A stretch of 64,000 nt of DNA, from assembly GCA_963715195.1 (NCBI GenBank), contig CAVQRT010000002.1:96001-160000 (forward strand), read 5' to 3'. The stretch comes from Thermodesulfovibrionales bacterium (lineage in GTDB: Bacteria > Nitrospirota > Thermodesulfovibrionia > Thermodesulfovibrionales > SM23-35). The notes under the pieces were generated by a model, which worked only from the letters and a program-made list of their open reading frames with translations, did not search any database and was not told the DNA's origin. Below, piece by piece: positions 21,153 to 29,496 of the stretch (position 1 is its first letter; each line of letters begins with the position of its first letter). The position numbers and the translations under genes are program-made.

Positions 21153-21898
21153 ATCGGTTTATTGATCCTCGGTTTTGCAGTATCTGAAAGCGTTATTGTT
21201 CTGTCTTTCAGTCTGAAAGCAAGGTTGATTCTTATTTCCTCGGGAGTATTCTTGTTGATATCTGTATCCCATGTTTTGACCCATTCGTCCTGGTATTTTG
21301 CCTCTATGCTGAACGCATCCAGATTTTCGATAAGCTCAAATCCTTCTCTTTTCTCTTGTGTCTGCTGTGGGAGTTCTATTTTCTTGAAGAGATTCAATCT
21401 GCCGCCCCTTTCTTCAATATAATAAGAAACTCTTGAGAGACCGGGTCTTAAGACAGAAAAAGTTGTAAAAGTCAGTTCGGAGGCGCTTTTTCCATAAGAA
21501 TCCCGGTCCTTTATCTGAAGAAGGGTATTTGCATCTGCTTCTTTAAAAAAGGATGACTCCAGTTCACATCTGAGAATATCAAGAGCCCTTCTGGCCTCCT
21601 GGAGCTTGACCAGAGATTCATCCATGCCATCAACAGCTCTGTGTGCCAGGAAAAACGTACTATAAATCGCTGCAAGGACGACCGACAGAATTGCAACAGA
21701 CACAAAGACCTCGATAAGAGTAAAACCGTGTTTATTGATCAAAAGATCACCAGAGCTGATATGTGTCTGGGTTGTCATTCCGGCTTGGCCGGAATCTTTC
21801 TCTCTACAAGAGGATCCCGGACAAGCGGGAATGAAAAAAGAATACCTATGATGCAAATAGTGGAAGTAAGAATTATTTTTACTTAAAAACAAATTCAT
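21149..21898 (-). CDS. gspJ: Minor pseudopilin J (start uncertain, REP doublet in leader)
   Basis: GFTLIEV prepilin motif; operon position. Confidence 0.82.
   Translation of the reverse strand: MNLFLSKNNSYFHYLHHRYSFFIPACPGSSCREKDSGQAGMTTQTHISSGDLLINKHGFTLIEVFVSVAILSVVLAAIYSTFFLAHRAVDGMDESLVKLQEARRALDILRCELESSFFKEADANTLLQIKDRDSYGKSASELTFTTFSVLRPGLSRVSYYIEERGGRLNLFKKIELPQQTQEKREGFELIENLDAFSIEAKYQDEWVKTWDTDINKNTPEEIRINLAFRLKDRTITLSDTAKPRINKPI
21774..21835. repeat. REP/REPIN-like doublet (GTCATTC family)
   Basis: GTCATTCCGGCTTGGCCGGAATC ... GATCCCGGACAAGCGGGAATGAA. Confidence 0.85.
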
Positions 21899-22262
21899 TC
21901 AACGTTACCTCATCATGGCCCGATCTCACAACAACAATGATCTCCGCAATTCCCGCATATGGGGAGTCTTTTACAAACGTCTCATACGAATACTTTTCAT
22001 ATGGTAAATCATAGGTACCTTCACTCTCCTCAGGACTTTTTTCTATCGCAGCCAGTTTATCTTTGGCGAGAAGCGTTGCGACTGTTATTGTTTCCTGTTT
22101 TTCGACCAGACTCAAATGATAGTTTAGCGTGTAGATGACAGTTACAAGGAGAGATCCGATAACAGCAAGAGCAATAAGGACCTCAAGAAGGGTAAAGCCG
22201 CACTTCCTTCGAAGGATGAGGGATGAATTATGAAGATTGAATGGAAAATTCTTAGTCCTCAA
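21879..22262 (-). CDS. gspI: Minor pseudopilin I
   Basis: GFTLLEVLIALAV; size and position. Confidence 0.82.
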   Translation of the reverse strand: MRTKNFPFNLHNSSLILRRKCGFTLLEVLIALAVIGSLLVTVIYTLNYHLSLVEKQETITVATLLAKDKLAAIEKSPEESEGTYDLPYEKYSYETFVKDSPYAGIAEIIVVVRSGHDEVTLNEFVFK

Positions 22263-22710
22263 TTCTTCCTTCGTCCTTGATCTTCACTTTCCCGCTCAGA
22301 TGGTTAAAGGTTATTGTCATATTTTTTTCCCCCGTACCCATATGTACGGAAATATCTTCCCTGAATCCAAGAGGCTCAACCAAGATTGTTACCGCGCCCC
22401 CGGAGACTGTTCCTGCGGAGTGAGTTGTTACGCCTGTTATGTCGTCGAATTTCTTCGTCTTTCCGCCCTCCGGAGTTTTCCATGAGATTAAATTTCCGTC
22501 AAGGTCGAATTTTAACCAATATGCCTCCTTTCGTGAGATTGCGCTGTCGTGTAAAAATCTCAGGATCGATGCGACTTCACGCGCTTCAGATTTGAGTCTG
22601 CGCTCACCAAATCCGGCGAACGACGGCAATACTATTGCTGTAATCAGTGAAATGATGAATAGAGCAACAATCAGTTCAAGGAAAGTAAACCCACGGGGAT
22701 TTATTTTCAT
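22252..22710 (-). CDS. gspH: Minor pseudopilin H
   Basis: MKINPRGFTFLEL; start 22710 just after gspG stop. Confidence 0.82.
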   Translation of the reverse strand: MKINPRGFTFLELIVALFIISLITAIVLPSFAGFGERRLKSEAREVASILRFLHDSAISRKEAYWLKFDLDGNLISWKTPEGGKTKKFDDITGVTTHSAGTVSGGAVTILVEPLGFREDISVHMGTGEKNMTITFNHLSGKVKIKDEGRIED

Positions 22711-22714
22711 TTTA

Positions 22715-23146
22715 TTATTGGATATCCCAGTTCCTGATATCGGCCTCTTTTCCTTCTCCACCCTCTCTTCCGTCAGCGCCGTAACTTATCAGATCAAAGT
22801 CACCATATATACCCGGCGATATATAGATGTACGGATTTCCCCATGGGTCAGGCGGTATTTTCCTCTGTTCAAGGTATCCGCCTTCCCTGTATCTCTCCGG
22901 TACCTGTCCCGTCGTAGGTTTTTCAATGAGGGCTGCGAGTCCCTGCTCTGTGCTCGGGTAGAAAGCATTGTCGAGCTTGAAGAGCTTGAGGGCAGTTTCG
23001 AAATTCTTTATCTGCACTTTTGCCTCTGCGATACGCGCATCGTCCGTTCTTCCTATTATCCTCGGGGCCACGATGGCGGCGAGAAGACTCAGGATAAAGA
23101 CGACTACAATGATTTCAAGCAACGTAAACCCTCTATTTTCTCCCAT
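22715..23146 (-). CDS. gspG: Major pseudopilin G
   Basis: GFTLLEI, YPSTEQGL, DPWGNPY, SYGADG. Confidence 0.96.
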   Translation of the reverse strand: MGENRGFTLLEIIVVVFILSLLAAIVAPRIIGRTDDARIAEAKVQIKNFETALKLFKLDNAFYPSTEQGLAALIEKPTTGQVPERYREGGYLEQRKIPPDPWGNPYIYISPGIYGDFDLISYGADGREGGEGKEADIRNWDIQ

Positions 23147-23270
23147 ATTTTATCCCTCCATCTCTATCTGTCCTGGTTACGATCATCAGGCACTTTCTCT
23201 ATCTCTTATTTAAAAGGTTCAAGGATTTTAGTGTAACAACCAATTCGCCCGGAGCCTCGGACCCTATTCA

Positions 23271-24446
23271 CTATTTTATCAACTGATTCAACTGGAATAT
23301 CGGCAACAGAACAGCAAGAACGATCAGTCCGACAATAACACCCATGGCGAGAATCATGGCAGGTTCCAGGAAAGCCAGTGCCTTCTGTACCCTCCGCGAA
23401 AATTCCTCCTCGTATGAGTCTGCAGCATTCTTCAGTACTCCGACAAGTTGCCCGCTCCTCTCCCCGGTCGAGATGAGCTGCAGAAGGACAGGCGGAAAGC
23501 CCTCCAGTGAGGCTGAGAGCCTCGCTCCCTCCGCGACTCTCTCAGCAGCTTCAACGACCCTTTTCTCGATCATCGCGTTGCCGACAGACTTCGCAGAAAG
23601 TTCAAGTGCCCTGAGGACAGGCAACCCTCCTTCAAGCAAAAAACTGAGGGTTCGTGTGAATCTCGCATAATACAGGCTTTGAATGATCCTCCCCGGCAAC
23701 CGGACAAGCATTTTATCAATAAGCATTCGGTTATTCTCCTTCAGTCTCCTCAGCCCGAATATGGCACATACGAGCAACCCTATCAAAAGCCACCAGTAAT
23801 GCTGAAAAATATCGCTTACCGCAATCAGCGCAATGGTAAGAAAAGGGAGGGCTGACTCTGTATCCTGAAAAATCTTTGTTATTTTCGGTACGACAAACGT
23901 AAAGAGGAACGAGAGCACAATGAAACCGACACAGATCATGAAAACCGGATAAACCATCGACGTCCGCACCTTTGCTTTAAGACCGCTCTGCGTTTCAAGA
24001 AAATCTGCCAGACGGACAAGGACTTTATCAAGGGCCCCGCTTGTCTCACCTGCAGCAACCATATTTACATAAAACTCGGGGAAGATGGTGTCATACTCTT
24101 CAAGCGCTTTTGAAAAACTCGCCCCTGCAACCACCTTTTCCTTGATGCTGATCAGAACATTCTTCCAAAAGCCTGCGTTTTCCTGAGCAATCGCATTCAG
24201 CGCTTCCATTAAGGTAACACCGGAAGAAAGAAGTGTGGATAATTGTCTCGTTACGGATGGAAGGAAATTTGCATCGGTTCTCCGGAATAACCCTGATTTC
24301 TCAAGATAAACTGTCTCCCTGACCTTTTTGGGATAGAGTCCTGACTCCTTAAGTCTGAGAACCGCATCTTTTTGACTACTTGCCTCGATAGTACCAGCGA
24401 CCTCTGAACCATCAGTCCTATACCCGCTATACTGAAATATCGGCAT
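23271..24446 (-). CDS. gspF: Type II secretion inner membrane platform protein F
   Basis: TRQLSTLL, AGETSG, MVYP, LEP. Confidence 0.93.
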   Translation of the reverse strand: MPIFQYSGYRTDGSEVAGTIEASSQKDAVLRLKESGLYPKKVRETVYLEKSGLFRRTDANFLPSVTRQLSTLLSSGVTLMEALNAIAQENAGFWKNVLISIKEKVVAGASFSKALEEYDTIFPEFYVNMVAAGETSGALDKVLVRLADFLETQSGLKAKVRTSMVYPVFMICVGFIVLSFLFTFVVPKITKIFQDTESALPFLTIALIAVSDIFQHYWWLLIGLLVCAIFGLRRLKENNRMLIDKMLVRLPGRIIQSLYYARFTRTLSFLLEGGLPVLRALELSAKSVGNAMIEKRVVEAAERVAEGARLSASLEGFPPVLLQLISTGERSGQLVGVLKNAADSYEEEFSRRVQKALAFLEPAMILAMGVIVGLIVLAVLLPIFQLNQLIK

Positions 24447-25947
24447 AGTCCTTCTGGGTCACCCGCAAGACTTCTTCGAGCGTAGTAATCCCCTGAAGAA
24501 CTTTTTCGAGACCATCCATCCTCAGGGTTTTCATGCCTCGTGAGATCGCATAATTCTTGATGCTCTGTGAATCGATCTTATCGGTAATCATGGGACGTAT
24601 TTCATTATCAATCACAAGGAGTTCGAAAATCCCCGTCCTTCCGATGTACCCCTTATTTTTACAGTGCTCACAGCCTATCCCCCGATATAAAAGTTCAGGT
24701 GGTTTCCTGAAATAGGATATTTCAATATCAGATGGCTCATATGCTGTTTTGCAACCAGGACATATCGTCCTGGCAAGTCTTTGCGCGAGAACAACCGTGA
24801 GGGAAGATACGACAAGAAATGGCTCAATCCCCATGTCGATAAGCCTCACGAGAGCGCTCGGTGCATCATTTGTATGAAGGGTGCTTAAAACTAGATGGCC
24901 TGTGAGTGATGCCTGCATCGCAATTTCTGCAGTCTCAAGATCTCTTATTTCGCCAACCATGATGACATCCGGGTCCTGTCTCAATATTGATCGCAACCCG
25001 GAGGCAAATGTCAGACCTATCCTGGGATTCACGTGTATCTGGCCGATACCCTTCAGCTGGTACTCCACGGGATCCTCTACGGTTATGATATTTTTTTCTT
25101 CGGTGTGAATCCTGTTCAGGGCAGCGTAAAGTGTTGTGGTCTTACCGCTTCCTGTTGGACCCGTCACCAGGATGATGCCGTCAGGTCTTTTGAGGTATTC
25201 GTCAAGTTTGATCTCGTCATCTCTGCCAAACCCTATTTCCCATAATCCGAGCAGCCCCTGTTTCCGGTCGAGCAGCCTCATAACTGCCCGCTCACCATGC
25301 GATGTCGGCACAACAGAAACTCGTATGTCGATATCCCGGCCTCCAAGAAGCAATCGTATCCTGCCGTCCTGGGGCAGCCTCTTCTCCGCAATATCAAGAT
25401 GAGCCATAATCTTTATCCTGCTGATCAAGGCATCCTGAATAATCTTGGGAGGGGACAAGACCCTCAGGAGAACTCCGTCTATTCGTAACCGGACATCGAG
25501 TTCTTTTTCATACGGCTCAATATGGATATCACTTGCCCTCTCCTTGACTGCCTGCAGAAGAAGTGCGTTCAGAAGGCGTATGATAGGGGCTTCCTCGGTT
25601 AATTCAAGCAGGTCCTTCGGCGCCTCAAACGCTGTTGCAACCGATGAGAGATCTTCTCCGGATATGGTATCCATGACTTCTTCAGCAGAACCCATTTGAC
25701 CATAGAACCTGTTGATAGCGTCGAGAATAACTCCGGCGGGTGCTTTGAAGGCCCTTGGCTTTAAATCGAGCATCTTTGCGGCTTCCGAGAGCGCGAGCAT
25801 TCCCCTCTCATCTGCAATAGCGCCAACAAGTTCCGCATCGTGCCTCCGGATCGGAAATATCTGGTTATTCTTTACAAAGCTGAGGGGAATATTCTTGAGA
25901 AGGGCGGTTTCAACGTCTTCATCTCTTATGACATCAATCGTGTCCAT
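24427..25947 (-). CDS. gspE: Type II secretion ATPase E
   Basis: ASDIHIEP, GPTGSGKTTT, LRQDPD, Cys zinc motif. Confidence 0.95.
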   Translation of the reverse strand: MDTIDVIRDEDVETALLKNIPLSFVKNNQIFPIRRHDAELVGAIADERGMLALSEAAKMLDLKPRAFKAPAGVILDAINRFYGQMGSAEEVMDTISGEDLSSVATAFEAPKDLLELTEEAPIIRLLNALLLQAVKERASDIHIEPYEKELDVRLRIDGVLLRVLSPPKIIQDALISRIKIMAHLDIAEKRLPQDGRIRLLLGGRDIDIRVSVVPTSHGERAVMRLLDRKQGLLGLWEIGFGRDDEIKLDEYLKRPDGIILVTGPTGSGKTTTLYAALNRIHTEEKNIITVEDPVEYQLKGIGQIHVNPRIGLTFASGLRSILRQDPDVIMVGEIRDLETAEIAMQASLTGHLVLSTLHTNDAPSALVRLIDMGIEPFLVVSSLTVVLAQRLARTICPGCKTAYEPSDIEISYFRKPPELLYRGIGCEHCKNKGYIGRTGIFELLVIDNEIRPMITDKIDSQSIKNYAISRGMKTLRMDGLEKVLQGITTLEEVLRVTQKDYADISV

Positions 25948-28221
25948 TCAGTCTGCATTTTGCATCTTCATAATGTAATTCGGTTCCGCATACTCAACTT
26001 CCTGATAAATTTTAAAAATCTCTACCGCTTTTCCGACATCCTGCCCTTCCTTCAGCTTGATATGATGGGGCCCCCCCGGTCGTAAAAAGGATATGACGGA
26101 TGCGCCTTCAGCAGTGAGTATTTCTGTTATACGTTCCTCACTCGTTCCATCTTTAAATTTTACAAGCAGCTCCCCTTCAGCGAATGTCTGTGCTGCTTTC
26201 GCATACTCAGTTCTTTTTGAAGCCGTCAATTTTGATAAGTACTCCGCTTCCTTCACGATGTGTGGGGTGAGGAATACGAGCAAGTTCGTTTTCTTTTTCT
26301 GGACCGATTTATTCTTGAAGAGCCATCCAAGGAGCGGGATGTCTCCAAGAAGAGGGACCTTGGTGATATTTTCCTCTTCTCTCTCCTCCATGAGCCCTCC
26401 GATTACGACCGTCTGATTATCCTTCACAACAACAGAGGTCTTTGTTGAGCGCTTTGTGGTTGTGGGACCAACCGTCAATACGACTATTGTTGACTCCTGT
26501 TTCAAAGCAGATATCTCCTGATAGATATCAAGTTTTACGTAATCACCTTCTGCAATCTGCGGAGTCAGTCTCAGGGTTATGCCGACATCTTTTCTCTCGA
26601 TGCTGGTAAACACGGATTGGGGTCTTGCAGGGTCAGATTCCTTCTGCGAGATAAACGGGACATTCTCACCGACGATTATCTCCGCTTCCTTGTTGTCAGA
26701 TGTGAGAATCTGAGGTGTTGAAAGAACATTAATTGCTCCCTTAAACTCATTCAGGCTGAAGAGAGCAGCAAATCCGGGGACAGTCAGTGTTGATGTTATT
26801 ATTTCTCCATCGGCACCGATCGTTGAGACCGGGACATCAAGAAAATTGCCCATTCCCCCGGCGGTTAATCCCGTCAGGCCAAAGAGGATATTCTGCATAG
26901 TGGTAGCATCTACGGTTCCAAATCCTCCGACCGCCACCGGTTCCCCGTCTTTTTCCGCAATAATCCGCCAGCTCGAGCCAAGCTCCTGCAATCTGTCAAT
27001 GGACGCCTCAACAATCATAGCCTCTACGTAAACCTGTTTTCTCTTCCGGTCAAGCTGCTTTATAACAGCAATAAGATTCTGATAATCCGCAGGCGAGGCG
27101 ACAATAACCAGTGAATTAGTTGCCTTATCGGGTGATATAATGATTTTTCCGACCGGTTCGAACGAACTCCTGACAGGTTGTCCCGTTTGTTGAGCAGCGC
27201 TGGTCCTCACCTGTGTGGATATTCCTGTCAGCATGCCTTCCAATACTTTTGAGAGCTCAGTTGCATCAGCGTATTCAAGGAAGTAGACGTTAATCTTGCT
27301 TGTTGCCTCAGGGAGCGGGATATCTAGAAGTGCAATCATCCTCCTCAGGGATTCTTCTTCCTGTTTATCGGCAATCAGGATTACAGCATTCAGCCTGGTA
27401 TCGGCAAAAACACTGGCCTTTGCTTCCTCGCCGGAAACAGCTGTTGCAGGTTCTCCCGGTCTCAGAGGCCGGTAAGCCGGGGGTTGTGCCTGTGCATTTA
27501 ATGTTAAAGCCTCACTGATGATTTTTACGACATCTTCGGCATTTGCATACTTGAGAAGAATAAGCTCAGGTTCCTCTGTCCCCGATTTATCAATCAATTC
27601 GATGATCGTCAGAAGCTTCTCAATATTGGTGGCAGAATCAACAATCATCAGTATATTCCCCGGCCCGAAAGACGCAATATGACCGTCCCGTGAGACAAGG
27701 GGCTGCAAAAAATTCAACGCCCTCGAAGCCGAGATCGATTGAAGCGGTACAAGCCTCGTAATATAAGCATCACTGACCGGTTGCACACCTTCTTTCAGGA
27801 TTTCGGTCCCCGACTGCTTTGCCTGTGAGATAGGAACTATCTTATAGACCTTGCCAGAAGGGATAATCGTGAACCCCTTCAACTCCAGAACCGAGGTGAA
27901 CAGACTAAAGGCATCGTCCACAGACAGTTTTGAAGGGGCAATAATGGTAATAGAGCCTTTTACTCTTTCATCAAATACAAAATTCTTCCGGGTGATGTCA
28001 CTGATAAATTTGACGACTGCAGAAATATCAACGTCGACAAAATTGAACGTAACCTTTTTCTCTTTGCCCTGACTTTCCTGTGCACCGGCAAAAGCAGAAG
28101 TGTTTGAAAACGATACGGGATGCAAGATACAGGATAAAACGACAAAACAGAAAACAATGCAAAATACAGGATGTAGGAATACTTTATTTTTCATCTTTAA
28201 TAACGTGTATTGTAGCACCAA
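25948..28221 (-). CDS. gspD: Type II secretion secretin D with C-terminal subtilase-prodomain-like domain
   Basis: FNFVDVDI N0, N domains, QVYVEAMIVE, KVPLLGDIP, FLTPHIV, then EGELLVKFK...VEYAEPNY. Confidence 0.95.
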   Translation of the reverse strand: MVLQYTLLKMKNKVFLHPVFCIVFCFVVLSCILHPVSFSNTSAFAGAQESQGKEKKVTFNFVDVDISAVVKFISDITRKNFVFDERVKGSITIIAPSKLSVDDAFSLFTSVLELKGFTIIPSGKVYKIVPISQAKQSGTEILKEGVQPVSDAYITRLVPLQSISASRALNFLQPLVSRDGHIASFGPGNILMIVDSATNIEKLLTIIELIDKSGTEEPELILLKYANAEDVVKIISEALTLNAQAQPPAYRPLRPGEPATAVSGEEAKASVFADTRLNAVILIADKQEEESLRRMIALLDIPLPEATSKINVYFLEYADATELSKVLEGMLTGISTQVRTSAAQQTGQPVRSSFEPVGKIIISPDKATNSLVIVASPADYQNLIAVIKQLDRKRKQVYVEAMIVEASIDRLQELGSSWRIIAEKDGEPVAVGGFGTVDATTMQNILFGLTGLTAGGMGNFLDVPVSTIGADGEIITSTLTVPGFAALFSLNEFKGAINVLSTPQILTSDNKEAEIIVGENVPFISQKESDPARPQSVFTSIERKDVGITLRLTPQIAEGDYVKLDIYQEISALKQESTIVVLTVGPTTTKRSTKTSVVVKDNQTVVIGGLMEEREEENITKVPLLGDIPLLGWLFKNKSVQKKKTNLLVFLTPHIVKEAEYLSKLTASKRTEYAKAAQTFAEGELLVKFKDGTSEERITEILTAEGASVISFLRPGGPHHIKLKEGQDVGKAVEIFKIYQEVEYAEPNYIMKMQNAD

Positions 28222-28298
28222 TAAGAACCATTTTGTTCGCCCCTCTGCTTTTGTGTCTTTGCATATTTTTTTCTCTTTTCCTGTCGACTATCTACTGT

Positions 28299-29174
28299 CT
28301 ACCTAATTTGGTATGTCATGGTTATTCGAGACCCGGATCTCATGAGATCGACCTGAACCCTGTCCATGCCTTTCAGGGCGGTAAAGGCCTGAAGCGCCCT
28401 CTCCGGATTTGAAATATCGTACTCGTTGATTCTCAGCAGAACGTCTCCATCCTGCAACCCAAGGCTCTGATAGACACCGCCAGGTTTGACTTCACTCAAC
28501 ACAAAGCCCTCTTCCTTCCCATTGACTATATTCGGCTTGAGTCTTGCATCCGTCATCATCTGGCCGGGGTTTGCAATCGCCTGCTGGAGACGCGCCTGAT
28601 CGACCATATAGGCTGAACGCCCGATTTTCCGTGCAAATGAGGATTGAGCAGGGCCTACAGTAGATGACTGTTTCCCCACTTCTCTGACTTCTACATCTTC
28701 AAGGAGCATCTCTTCTGTCTTTCCTCCTTTCCTGATAATAACTCTGTCCCGCTCAACTCTGTAGAGTTTGCCGGTATCAAATACAGGGTCGCCAATCTTA
28801 AAGATCTCCTGAACACCTGCTGCATCCCTGAAAATGCCGTAACTGAGTTCTCTGGGACCTACCACCGTACCGATAAGTACGATATCTCCCTGATGCGTCT
28901 TAAGACCTGTTGAGGCAGATAAAGACTTGATTTCGCCGCCGGGAAACCCAAAAGGATTATTAGATAGTATGACGGCATATTCTGAAAGTTGTTTGTCTGG
29001 TCTCGGCATTGATTCATCCTGCCCTCTGTATACGCCATTCTGGACATTTTTTTTATGGTCGAAATAACGTGAAATGATATCCCGTACCACAAAAACCGTA
29101 GAAAAAATCAGAATAATACCTAGCAGGATATTCAGATAAAAGAGATTTCTTTGTGAGAGGAGGTTTGATTTCAA
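28299..29174 (-). CDS. gspC: Type II secretion protein C with PDZ domain
   Basis: TM, LIGTVVG HR domain, LGLQDGDVLLRIN PDZ. Confidence 0.9.
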   Translation of the reverse strand: MKSNLLSQRNLFYLNILLGIILIFSTVFVVRDIISRYFDHKKNVQNGVYRGQDESMPRPDKQLSEYAVILSNNPFGFPGGEIKSLSASTGLKTHQGDIVLIGTVVGPRELSYGIFRDAAGVQEIFKIGDPVFDTGKLYRVERDRVIIRKGGKTEEMLLEDVEVREVGKQSSTVGPAQSSFARKIGRSAYMVDQARLQQAIANPGQMMTDARLKPNIVNGKEEGFVLSEVKPGGVYQSLGLQDGDVLLRINEYDISNPERALQAFTALKGMDRVQVDLMRSGSRITMTYQIR

Positions 29175-29230
29175 TGGAAATCCTCTTTTAGTCTGTATGT
29201 ATTATTGAGTTCATATGTATACATTAACAT

Positions 29231-29327
29231 GTCATTCCCGCTTGTCGGGAATCCCTCTGAGTCCCCTTTAGAAAAGGGGGATAAAGGGGGTTGTTTGTAA
29301 GAAAGATTCCGGCCAGGCCGGGATGCC
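29231..29327. repeat. REP-like doublet enclosing a C/G-tract palindrome
   Basis: GTCATTCCCGCTTGTCGGGAATC, CCCCTTTAGAAAAGGGGG core, GATTCCGGCCAGGCCGGGATGCC. Confidence 0.85.
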
Positions 29328-29422
29328 AGGAATTAAATTTCGTATAAAATATTCAACCTTCATACATTGTTACCGCCAGCGACCAACAAGAGCCTGGCAA
29401 TTTTGCCTGATAATAAAAGCAC

Positions 29423-29453
29423 AAATAAAAAGGGACGAACTCTCATCCGTCCC
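29423..29453 (-). terminator. Putative intrinsic terminator after subtilase B
   Basis: GGGACG/CGTCCC stem followed on minus strand by TTTTTATTT. Confidence 0.55.
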
Positions 29454-29496
29454 CTCCTCTATTTTGTTTCCACAACGGTGTCTTGAAAAAGCTGAC

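Noticed and set aside
29390..29410. TGGCAATTTTGC as a sigma-54 promoter
   Set aside because: GG-GC spacing is 7 rather than 10 and it faces away from gspC.
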